Notes: generated from the sequence alone by a model not told the origin. A stretch of DNA of 45,057 nucleotides, filler included, from Jimgerdemannia flammicorona (GCA_003990765.1; 2 parts of 2 records of this genome joined end to end with filler, not necessarily neighbours in it); one strand, 5' to 3'; counted from the first letter of the whole stretch, positions 11,434 to 22,618 are shown. Numbers and translations: made by a program.

Positions 11434-11983
11434 TTATAATATAAGGAATATATATATATATATATATATATTTTTTTTCTCACTATCTTCTAATATTTCT
11501 ATTACTATCAAAAATATTCAGATCTTTCTCAATTAATTCACAATCATAGTGATTTAAATATATACTATTTAAACTAACTTACAAGATAATCTCTCTCTCA
11601 ATAGCTCTCTATTTGAGCTTAAGTTTCTTTAAATACATATAATATCAGTTGAGATCTTTTTGCCTAAGGTAGTAAAGCATATTTGTGTATTGGTAGACTA
11701 TAGAGCAGAGCTGGCAGTAGTTGTACTGATCTTTGTATCATTACTTGAGATACTTATTGAGATTTTAGATATAGACAATAAGGATGACAGCTTGTTCTCT
11801 ATATCTCCTATCTTTCTCTCAAAATATTCCACTGTCTTCTTCATATTCTATACCCCCATAGCTTTGGTACTTATATTCTCAAGCCTTACAATTCTCTTCA
11901 CTATATCAGTCTTTTTCCTCTCTCTCTCTACAGTAAAGTTGTTCTCATTAGTAACCAGTTTGATAATAATCAGATATATATTT

Positions 11984-14900
11984 ATAAATAGAAACTGCTT
12001 CTTTTTTTTATTTTTTTATTTTTTTATTTTATAAACTCAGAGTTCTATAGATTTTATTAGAAGAAAACCTAGACTATATAGGCCAAAACTCTCTCTCACT
12101 ATCTACTAAACATTACTCTCATTAATCTAGACTACTGAATTATTCTGCAATCTCACTATTCTCACTATATATATATCAGATATACTGACTTCTACTATAT
12201 AGACTAGACTTGTCTATTCACTAGAGCTGGATTATTATAACTATATATAAGAGTACCTATATATTAGATCTAGCAATATCAGAACTGAATAAGAAATAGC
12301 CCCCTAAACCCCAAACAAAGGTCTGAGACAAAAAAAAAACCCCTAACTAGCTAACAAAAGACAGAATAAATTTAGAGTAGGTGAGTAAAGTACTTATATA
12401 TAAGATTCCCTCATGAACTGATATATGAACTAAGGCTTAAAAAAGTCTCACTCCCACTCTCCAAGTCTGTAGACCTTAATTATATTACCATGTCAGCTCT
12501 TAGTTCCAGTTAGATATTGCCAAATGAGGGAGATCTTACTTCTCAAGTCTGCAGGCCTTGATTGTATTGCTGCATTGGCTCTCAGTTCTAGTTGGATACA
12601 GCCAAGATACTGGTCTCTATACCACCTCACTCTCTGCCAGTCAATCAAAAGGCTCTACTAAGATAATACCTACCTCAATCCTGATGACCATCACCCTACT
12701 GGTCTACTATTATTACCCTTCCACCTATCTGTAATAGCCATCTCTCCTCTCATCTCAATACTATCTAAAAAGCAGTTACTTATACTAGAACTGTACTCAC
12801 TGAGAAGCTTGCCAAAGCTCAGAGAGCCCAATCACAGGCACTAAGGACTTGCAGGTAACCTATACTGATACTTAATTCCCAAGGTTAGTTAATTCTATAT
12901 ATAGTCTATAATATACCAGATAATACCTTATTGATGATAGCAAAAGGAAGAAAGTACTACATTAAAACAAATATACTCTAGATATAGCTGAAGGTACTAG
13001 AAACTGCAAAAAAGTAGAGAAGATACTAATCTGATATTGATAAAAGAATAACTTATCACTATTGTCTTCCTTCCACCATACCCTTACAGATATAGTAAAT
13101 CAATCCAAGGTAGAGAAGGTAATAATAGAGGAAAGAGGACTCAGAAGGTTGCCTACCAAATCTTATAACTAGTAAGATAGCAGAGAAAGGGGCAGAAACT
13201 ACTCCTTCTTGGTCATAAGGAGATACTATTAGGCAGAGCCTTGGGGTGGGAGTATGGCTGAATCAGTCAGCAGAGTTAGTAAGTAAGTAAGTCAAGGAAA
13301 GTAGATGAGTCAGAGATAATGAGAGAGAGCTTAGAGGCTTGGAGAGCTATAAGAGCTGAGGTATATTTAGCAAGATTATTCTTTTTTATTTACTTAGAGT
13401 GATATTTATCAGGGCCTGAGATAATACTGTGGAAAAAGAAGATATAGAGAGGGTGGGAGACTATTGCATTAAGTAATAACCAGTGATATAGTATATTCAT
13501 TGATATTATAAGCTATATATTATTATTATTAACTATATTAGTATATACTTTGCTTATATTGTCACTTTTTACTGACTCAAAAATATATAGCTTAGATATA
13601 GATATAGATATTTTTTCTAAATACTCAGTATATATTACTTATATATAGAATATGTCTCTATCTTAATTATCATTAGTTTTGATAGTATTTGTATTATATT
13701 ACTCTTTGCTATTATATTTCTTTTCACTGCTCTCATATTACCAATACTGACTTCTATACTTATTTTCATTATTCTTCTTATTTTTATAATAGCAGTCATT
13801 CTACAATACTCATACTTATTACAGTAATGATAGTTTCTATCAAACTTGAATTCATATTTTTGATCTTATTAGTACTTCTTACCTTATTCATATAATCTGT
13901 AAAATACTTTCTCATTATCATCATTACTACTGTTTTTTTTATATATCTCTTTATTGATGAGATTTATTATTATATAGATATAATCTGTAAGTTTTCTACT
14001 TTTATATATAACTACTATTACAATATTATATGTTGCTCCTTTCTTTGCTACCTTACTGGTTACAATAATTTAGTAGGCAATCTTCTGAGTTTACTTCACA
14101 ATTATTACCCCCTCTACCTCAGGTTGGTTTGCTGTACCTATTGCAAGGTAGTGAGAGAGAGGCAATAGTGATGAGTTACCCCTTTATTGGTGTCAGATCA
14201 GTATCTTCTCCACTTTTTTACAGTTTCTAGTACCTTTGGCTACATCTGGAGTACATTCATTTTGGTGCAGTACCTTCTTCCTTTTGCTGTCACCAACAAG
14301 GTGCTGTCTCAGTATATCATAGGCTGTATAGAGAGTTAGCTGACCTTGGGCATCAAGTGCTCAGTGTAGGTTACCTGCAGATCCTCAGTATCTGTGGTGG
14401 GGCCCTCTGGCTTTGGCAAGCTTCCTGGTGAGTGCAGTTCTGGTATAGGTAACTGCTTTTTAGGTGTTGTTAAGATGGGAGAGGGATGGCTATCATAGAT
14501 AAGAGAAAGAGTAATAATAGTGAACCAGTAGGGTGCCAGGCTGGGGGTAGTCATTGGGGCTGGGGTGAGTACTGCTTCAGTGAGACCTTTTGATTGATAC
14601 AGAGCAGTTAGGTGGTAGGTGTCACTCTCAGCTTCTTTTTGTAATTCAGCAGATTGGGCCCCAGTCATTGGGGAGGGTTGGGGGGCCTGAGACTACCTAT
14701 TTCAGGTGTCTTGGCTGCACTCAACTAGAACCAGGAGCTGATATAGCAATGTAATTGAGGCCTACAGACTTGAGTAGTAGGGTATTGAGAGTCTCCTCCT
14801 ACCTCATGTATAAGTCCTTTACTTATCTTGACTTAGAGAACCAGGTCCTACCCACTATAATATACTTTGATGAGAGTTTTTCTTTATCTGTCATTCTCTT

Positions 14901-15222
14901 TGAGATGGTAGGGGCTATTCTATTCAGCTTGGACATGGCCTTGTACATATGTTGGGGTCTCAGGCATGTACTTTTGGTCATTGGCATATGGCTGGGTTCT
15001 CTCTGATGATAGAGAGAGTATAGTATACAGAATGAGGTATGGACCAACATAGGCCCTACTGTGCCTGATATAATTGAGCTACTGGACAATAGCTAGCCTA
15101 GGTTAATGGGGGAGCAGTGCTTGATAGGTGGTGGGAGAGGGGTTTGACCTATATAGTCTAGGCTCTCTTCTAATAAAAATCTGTAGGATATTGAGTTTGT
15201 TAAAAAAAAAAAAAAAAAAAAA
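11984..15222 (+). mobile_element. 3.2-kb nested insertion in copia gag made of two related poly(A)-tailed elements in head-to-head orientation
   Basis: Poly(A) at 15202-15223 and degenerate poly(T) at 12002-12030. 12030-13200 is an imperfect inverted repeat of 14030-15200. About 11-bp TSD (ATATATATTT 11974-11983 / ATTATATATTT 15223-15233). Removing it restores a gag-like frame (KDKVLVLIKDLSEIYN / LIIIKLVTNENNFTVE). Confidence 0.75.
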
Positions 15223-15859
15223 ATTATATATTTCAGAGAGATCTTTTATAAGAACCAAAACCTTGTCTTTATTGCTGATATACTCTGCTGATATACTTAG
15301 AGAATTTATTTGATTTATCAGATTATTGATATATTTGACATATTTATAGATATTTTCCTTAGACTTTATTCATAGATTGAATAATTGAGATTTCAGATAG
15401 AACTGATTCAATGAGAATGCTTTTATATGATAATTATATAGAGTCTTTCACACATTGTAGACTATTGTAGTATATATTATAAGCTTCATTTACTGATTCA
15501 ATAATATAAAGGCAATCTTTTATAATACTCAGTATTCATTTATAGTATTGTAATCTTGAATCTATACTTACAGTTTCATATACTCTACTAAGCTATACTA
15601 CTTTAGGAGATTGCTCATATAGAATACTCAAATAGCATAATCCTTATCATTAAAGATAGGAATCAACCTCTTGGCTATATTTATGCTAGCCACAGGAACT
15701 GTGACCATCATACCCATTCTGGGGATATCTGTATCTGCTGTGGCTGATACATTTGTGCTAGCTCCTTGATTCATCAGTTGTGACATCTTGATATAGAGTA
15801 GTATATACTCTTAGAGAGGTGTTTCTTACTAGCTGCTAAGCAGGGCTCATAACCTTTAT

Positions 15860-15996
15860 TGTATCTTAGTTTGGAATATGGAGTGGAGGAGAAGAGGAGC
15901 ATTGTTTATTATTCCAGATAGCACATATTTATGCATTGAGTGACATACCTCAAAGATGATGTAGTTACATATAAGCCACATTATTGAGATGTAATA
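15860..15996 (-). repeat. 5' LTR of the copia element (CpG-erased)
   Basis: Direct repeat of 8160-8287; followed on the minus strand by PBS GGTTATGAGCCC (15843-15854). Confidence 0.92.
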
Positions 15997-16118
15997 ATGA
16001 GAATTTCAATAGTATGTTTTTTTATTTTTCATCTTTGCCAGCCAATATTATATCTTTATTATCTTTAATGAGCCCAGAACGTACTTCTCTTAGCTTTTAT
16101 CCGATTTCTCCTCGCCCG

Positions 16119-16611
16119 ACACGGCTTTCGACCATAACCTCCACACTCAATTTATCGTCTCTGACGGCGTAACAATTAGCGCAGCCTCCGTCATACCCGC
16201 TCCTAACCCTGCAAGTACGATCCTCGCGCCGCTGAGTTTTCCCTGAGCGTCGCGGAGGTCCTGTGCGGCAAGGAAGCGGACGGCGCTCTTCCAATGACGA
16301 GGGCGGACAGATGAAGATTTCCTAGGTGCGGAGGAGGTCGATTGGGCGGCTGAGGTTGGGAGATGGAAGTAAGTCAAGTGCACTTGCGGAGGTCAGGTTT
16401 CTATGACATAATGGATGCCCTACCGCCTGTACGGCGGCCAGCTTGCCTCTTTACAGCTGCAACCTCGCCTTTATGTATTCGGTCGGGTAGGTTATGGCGC
16501 CCTCCACGCCACCGGCGGTGACGCCGGCAATGGGAGAGAAGGCATGGTTCTTCTTGTCCTTCATCTGCAACAGACTGAAAGCATCTTTACGAAAGGCAGT
16601 AAGTCAGACAT
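16119..16611 (-). pseudogene. CTP1: Mitochondrial citrate carrier pseudogene, 5' half only (copy B)
   Basis: GKLSGARIVLAGLGAGMTEAALIVTPSETIN is retained. Homology stops in intron 3, about 120 bp from the copia LTR. Confidence 0.88.
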
Positions 16612-16945
16612 GTTTAGTAGGCCGAGAGGGGAAGAAGAGAGTAGTGACTTGATTGATCGGAGAATTTTATCTAATCATCAATTCAAACAATAACCGACTG
16701 TGATCGCGTGATTGGGCCAGGGGTCAACCACAAATGTTCAATAAAATTAAATATCATGAGAGATTGGATAATACATACTGAAGATGACGAATTAAAAGTT
16801 ATACAAGTGGCATATGGCATATTTTAGCTTAGTGTCAGGAACTCAATGTAATTGAGTGCTGATAGATGTTCTGATGTATGGATAGATCATAAATGCTAAT
16901 GGGTTTATGCATTGGCTCAATTCTAGAAAAAAAACGGTAACTAAA

Positions 16946-17730
16946 TCACATATCTAATCCAAAAAAATACGTCGGAGTGTTGCTTGTCACAAGTAACTGA
17001 GCTTCGCTACGGTAGTCTGTGCCATATCCCTCCAATAGAAATTCCGAAATTTGGGGTGGCAACACGTTTTCCTGGATACCTATCGGATAGTTTTCCTGGA
17101 GGCGGGAGTCGTTAAGAGTTGTGGCGTCCACTGCGGTTTCGCCGGGGTTAGCGAGGTCGTCAAGTTCATATAGTGTTTGGAAGATAGTGTTGTTCCCCGC
17201 AGAAAATTGATTGCACATATACTCGGTAGCTGTATGACAGCTATCCTCCGAGAAACAAGGTTCTCCACGCTTGCCACAGCGATAGCAATGAGCGCCCGAG
17301 CATCGCTTTTTGTGCAAATGGCATTTGGCGCACGCCGTTCCCGGTGCCTTTCTCTTGGATTTGTTTATGCAGGCGTGAAGGTGGCATCGCTTTTTTCTTT
17401 TCGAACAATCAGCGCACTGCTTGTACGGGGTGTACGCCGGCGACTGTTGTGGCATGGGGTTGGTGCTGGATAGGTGCGGTAAAGAGTCTTGATTCACAGC
17501 GAAGTGTTTTGCGAATAATTTGTGTTTCTTTCGATTTCGTTGACGATCGGGGGTCCACTGGCGTGAGTTTCCGTGCAGAGGTGAACCAGGAGAGGGTCCA
17601 TGAGGCTGAAGGACGTTGGGCAATTTGGGTAGGGGCAGCGGAGGTAAGCGACGTTCGGATGAATTTGGGTTTGCATTGGAGAACGTGGCTGGAAATGTTG
17701 AGGCCTTGGAAGAATGGAGCGGTAAGTCAT
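16946..17730 (-). pseudogene. Zinc TF copy A, frameshifted
   Basis: Closely similar to 2352-3167, but a net ~10-bp deletion near 17495-17510 splits it into a 78-aa N-terminal frame (17494-17730) and a C-terminal cluster frame. Confidence 0.8.
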
Positions 17731-18632
17731 TTTGAATAGTTTGTTTTTTGAATTGTGGCGACATGGTTACTTTTATACATTCCCGCCTACATGCTGCGTT
17801 CAATTCGTTCCATCCTGTATCACGGCAATTGTATTGGCCAAGGCTTTAAACCCTCGCCGGAACCGCGCAACTTCAACGTAGTAAATAATTAATTCATCAC
17901 AGCAGTCACCAAAAACCAAATTAGTGTGACAGTATCAGACGTCGTCGGTCGTGTGATGCCTGAAACCAAGGACCTAGGCCATTTCGGGCGACTGGCTCCC
18001 CCGTCAAATTCGTCAAATCCGACAATGTATTCAGCATATAGGTCGAACCTCATATCTCTCATTCCCAACGACCGTCTGATCGTATTGGCCTATATCACAC
18101 CAAATCCCAAACTGACACTCCTCCGAATATTTTTGCGCCGCAACATAGTGCGTCGTAACAGTAGTCAAGCGATCCGCCACTGTTGTCAATATCCATCAGG
18201 TCGCGCGCCACGTTGATTACGTCAGAATCTCGCGACAAAGTATCCGACGAATACCATGTTATATGACATAGTAAACTTTTGGATAGGATTTTCATCATTA
18301 CTTAAAAGTTAAGCAGCGTACACTGCAAATCAGAATACAATTTTGCTGGTGATGGAATGCGACTGTTCTGTTCGCGTGTATACCTGATGGTAACTAGTTC
18401 GAAATGCGGGGTGACGGAACAGGTTTCAGAACGCGTCGTCTGAAGTATATTACTTATGGTCGCGAACGAAAACATATGCACAGGAAAAAAAGATTTTGTA
18501 TATACCAAAGAAAATAGATAAAATGCTATGCCCATGTACCAGAATGGCCCCAAAATTTGGTGACGAGAGTATCTCATCCTAGTACGTCGCCGTCATTATC
18601 GATATATCAAGAGCCTGTCCGCAACCAACCAA

Positions 18633-20000
18633 TTACGCCAAGTCAGCGTCTATCCTTGCCACCTTCGGCGCGACCATCTGCAGGAACTTGTAGACTTCCT
18701 CGTAGACCGTGAAGGCGATACCGCCGGAGAACTGTAGTGGGAAGGGAGTTTTATAAGTGCGGAGAAAAAATACGATAATAGTGTGGGAGGAATATCATTG
18801 TGTGTCTCCCGGCAAATGAAATAAAGCTTCTCATCATCGCCCAAGTCACGGCCACAAACGAACCCGCCTCAACTTACAATCAACCTGGCCAATCTCGGTG
18901 TGGCGCCTTTCCAAAGCGCGAGCACGCCATCCTTCCTCGCGACCTTTACCACGCAATCAAAACTATTATTGTACGAAGTTTTGGCGTCGAGCGCCTGCAT
19001 CTTTGTCTTGACGACGTCGAGGGGCATAGTGGTGTACACGGTGACGATGCCTGCCACGCCGCCGACAGCGAAGGTAGCCCATGAGGGGAGCGGGTCATCC
19101 GGCCTTGCGCGGAAGCGCTGCACCTGCGTCTTGAGGGTGGAGTAGACAGAAAAGCGGACGGCGGAGTTGGCACCCTGGCGCATCATGACGGGGAACAGGC
19201 CCCGGTAGATTCCGCCTAGGCCTTCAGCACGGACGATGGTCGTGACGCCGTGAATCAAGCCGCGATATTTGGGGTTAGGCGTGTTTTGGTCGTGGATTAG
19301 TTTAGTTCTGGTGTCAGGTGGGTTTAATACGGGTTGGTCTACGTTGATCACTATCGGGAAAATAATCCTCACACTTTCGACACCGACTACAACACGGCGC
19401 TTGAACACAATCTCCACACTCACTTTATCGTCTCTGACGGTGTGACAATCAGCGCAGCTTCCGTCATACCCGCTCCTAACCCCGCAAGCACGCTCCTCGC
19501 GCCGCTGAGCTTGCCCTGATCGTCGCGGAGGGCCTGTGCGAATTGGTCGTAGGCAAGGAAGCGGACAGCTCCTTTAATGGTGTTTCCGATGACGAGGGCG
19601 GACATGCCACGGTAGATGGCGAAGATTCCCTGGGTGCGAACGGTGTGCATGAGGAGGTCGATCGGGCCTTTGAAGCGCGGCTGGGATTGGGGGGTGGAAG
19701 CAAGTTAAGTGCACTTGCGAAGGTCAGGTTTCTAAGACATAATGGATACAACCGATGCCTTACCGCCTGCCCGGCGGCCAGCTTGCCTCCTTCCAGCTGC
19801 AACCTCGTCTTGATGTATTCGGTCGGGTAGGTCATGGCGCCTTCCACGCCACCGGCGGTGGCGCCGGCGATGAGAGAGAAGGCAGGGTTCTTCTTGCTCT
19901 TCGTCTGCGGGTTACGACGAAACACGTTTCAACAGGCTGGAAGCGTCTTGAGAGGGACAGATGCAAAGGCATCAAGACGAGTCATAACCTTGTCAGACAT
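18633..20000 (-). CDS. CTP1: Mitochondrial citrate/tricarboxylate carrier (SLC25), 312 aa, 5 exons
   Basis: Exons 20000-19989, 19904-19764, 19680-19424, 19307-18878 and 18731-18633 with GT-AG introns give an open frame. Three carrier motifs (PTEYIKTR, PSETIKTK, PLDVVKTK), plus RQGANSAVRF and KGATPRLARLIFSGGIAFTVYE typical of fungal Ctp1. Confidence 0.93.
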
Positions 20001-21254
20001 GCTCAGTGGGCCGTTCGCAAGGTGGTGGTATGGAAAAGAGGGGATGAAGAGAGTAGCGTGTCTTGGTTGTCTTAGTGACTTGAGATCCAATCCATCTCGT
20101 CGGAGAGTTTTATCCAATAGGACTTTCTCCAGGTGACTGTTGCATCAGCAAACAGCCAAATATGGGGCTCTTATGTCAGCGTAAGCGATATAACATAATG
20201 CTTGGGTGGTGCGGCGCTGCCTACAACACCCTCACAAAAAAATTCGCCATTGACAAAGACTGCATGATTCATTTTGTGCGCCTGTGATAAATTCCGCGAA
20301 CATTATTATGCGAGAGTCCTAAATAGAATCGGCCAACTCGATCGACCCATGCGGACTCCGTATTTATCCTGACTCTCGAGCATGCTTCTCTCGCTTCCCG
20401 CCTGCGCCATCTCCGCCTCAGCGAAAACGCGGCAGGTGTCTGGTCGAGGCCTGCGTTCGAGATAGACAATTCCTGGCATTGCTGGCGATAATTGCGGTCG
20501 GCTGCGGAACGTGACAAGGTGTTTATTATTTGCGCGGAGCCGAACAGGTCCAACCCACAATTGATTAATGCGTGATGCTTTGTAATAGTTGTCCGCTCGA
20601 GCTCCACCAATACTAAATAAAAATGTATGTACCGATACACGTGGATCATGGCAAAGAAGGTACTGGAAGTGATTTGCTGCGGATATCAATGTTCGCCTGC
20701 ATCCGCGGAAGAGTGTCCAGCTTTTTGCATCCGGCGATCATTAGCTTCACGTGCCTGTGCATGTGATTGATTGTCCGCCGCAAAGCCTCCTTGCTGGGCG
20801 CCTAATTCTGACGTAAGCCAACGAATTGAGTCAAAATCCTTGTCAGCAGCGTATTGGAGGAGGAAATGTTGTTCGCTATTATTCCCTTGCCATGTGGCGT
20901 TGCTTTCATACATGAGAGGAGATTTGAAAATAAAATAAACGGATGCAACTGGAAGGCGTTTGACCAACCTGCAAGATTTGGACGAAATGACAAAGCGTAT
21001 GAGGGTTGGTTTTATCTTTGAAATACTGTAAACCAGGCAACGCTCCTTTAAAAAATTCCCTCTTCAAAGAAATTTATCCAAAACATGAACGTAATACAAA
21101 AATGCCACATGCGAAATCGTGACACCCAAGGCAATATCTGTAGTAGTTTAAATATTAGAGTGACACCAATAATGTTTCAACTCTAAGTAGGGGAGGAAAA
21201 ACAATCCATATCGAGCGCCAAAGCGGTTAAGTCAATTTAATAGAAATAAACAAG

Positions 21255-22166
21255 CTAGAGGTGAGGATCGCTTGAGCCGAAGTCATCGCCGGAACTGACG
21301 TCAGGTAGAGTATAAACCTCGAGGAGCTCAACAGACCGATTGCGAATATTCTGGTTGTCATGGTATTTGAGGGCGCGGAGATTCTGTTCGACGTCATGTT
21401 CGTTGACACAACGCAAAAAGGCAAGATAAGAATCCAACCTCTTCTCGTTGACAGCAAAATCGGCAATTTTTCGGAGGTCTACCAGTGCCTTAATGATAGA
21501 CTTGTTGTCAGCGGAGGTTAACTGATTACACCGAGACTTGATGAGAGCCTCAATGTTATCACAGTTGACACAAATTTGTCGTCTTTCATTGCAGCGGTTA
21601 CAAGGTGCACCCGAGCATCGTTTTTGGTCTATTTTGCACCCAATACACGCCTTTCCCGGTGAGGCTCGTTTTTCCGTGTTGATGGCGGCGACACGGTGTA
21701 GGCGACATCGTCTCTTTCTCCTGAAGCAGTCTGGGCATTGGTTATACTGCGGAGGCTTGGGTATGAAAGCGAATGCGGTCGGCGGTTGCGGAGCGACGTT
21801 GATGACCGAAGGATTCAGGAAAGGCGGTCGACTGACAAGGTGTTCTGCGATTGTTGGCGAGGGGCCTGATAGGCTCCCAAGTATTACTCCGTCGTTTGGA
21901 GTAATGCTGTCGTTGAATGCCGGGGTTGTGAGAGCTTGTGGATTAGGTGAGTTTTCATTTTGTATGCCGCTTTTCTGTGCGATGCTGGTGTGGGCGTCTG
22001 AGATCTTATGATGTCCAAGGATGTCCAGATTACTGAAAATCGACGGACACATAGGAAAGGGACAGCGGAACAAAGGGGGGCTGAGATGAATTTGCGATGG
22101 TAGTTCTTGAGGCCTCGGCAGGATGTTTTGATAGCGCATTTCGTGCGCTCTGTTGCTTGTTTTCAT
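21255..22166 (-). CDS. Diverged paralog of the zinc TF, 303 aa, intronless
   Basis: RYQNILPRP, CPFPMCPSIFSNLDILGHHKISDAH (C2H2), CPDCFRRKRRCRLH, ACIGCKIDQKRCSGAPCNRCNERRQIC and CNQ..A.N..II..L shared with 2352-3167. Confidence 0.85.
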   Translation of the reverse strand: MKTSNRAHEMRYQNILPRPQELPSQIHLSPPLFRCPFPMCPSIFSNLDILGHHKISDAHTSIAQKSGIQNENSPNPQALTTPAFNDSITPNDGVILGSLSGPSPTIAEHLVSRPPFLNPSVINVAPQPPTAFAFIPKPPQYNQCPDCFRRKRRCRLHRVAAINTEKRASPGKACIGCKIDQKRCSGAPCNRCNERRQICVNCDNIEALIKSRCNQLTSADNKSIIKALVDLRKIADFAVNEKRLDSYLAFLRCVNEHDVEQNLRALKYHDNQNIRNRSVELLEVYTLPDVSSGDDFGSSDPHL

Positions 22167-22480
22167 TTTTCGAGAAGGGAAGTTGGGTTAACCAATTTAT
22201 TTAAAGATCTGTCATATATATGAAAAAGTGGCGGTCCCGACTGGTTGGCATTAAAATTTAAGGCGGACCCGATCACGAGATGATGGGGTAATCCAAGGGG
22301 TTTTTTGTTTACGAGCCTCCCGACTTCCGCAACCATATCCTAATTCGATCAAATGTCGACTGCGGAATTTGGTTTCTGTGACCGCGCGGTTACGCTTGAC
22401 GAAAAGCAGCTTTTGCATCGCTGGCTATCGTCGGATCGAATTGGTACGCGAAGTAACCACCTTGGGAAGATAGTGCGGGG

Positions 22481-22580
22481 NNNNNNNNNNNNNNNNNNNN
22501 NNNNNNNNNNNNNNNNNNNNNNNNTTAATTAATTAANNNNNNNNNNNNNNNNNNNNNNNNNNNNNNNNNNNNNNNNNNNN
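22481..22580. other. Assembly gap with artificial spacer
   Basis: N runs flanking TTAATTAATTAA, which gives stops in all six frames. Confidence 0.9.

Positions 22581-22618
<38 letters not shown>

Larger units (their letters stand above)
8160..15996 (-). mobile_element. Degenerate Ty1/copia LTR retrotransposon with nested insertions
   Basis: Direct LTRs at 8160-8287 and 15860-15996. Minus strand shows PBS GGTTATGAGCCC after the 5' LTR, gag start at 15786 (IPIFNDKDYAI*VFYM), RT remnant (KGYL*NYSINYNKIFLSVFKLTLLRILLAI, about 10390-10580), RNase H remnant (SRTKHIDIQHYYIRE...IADSLIKAL, about 8645-8820) and PPT GAGCGGGAGTAT at 8288-8299. Protease and integrase core not recognised. Confidence 0.93.

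Noticed and set aside
11660..15313. Hydrophobic ORFs within the AT-rich block
   Set aside because: By-products of C->T-decayed transposon sequence.
16946..17803. 285-aa ORF that seems to rescue the frameshifted TF with a new N-terminus
   Set aside because: Starts at TTG. The in-frame ATG at 17764 lies only a few bases downstream of the TATA-like box, so probably upstream of the transcription start. The N-terminal part is an off-frame reading of the C2H2 region.
22481..22580. TTAATTAATTAA palindrome between N runs
   Set aside because: Artificial contig spacer with stops in all frames; not biological.
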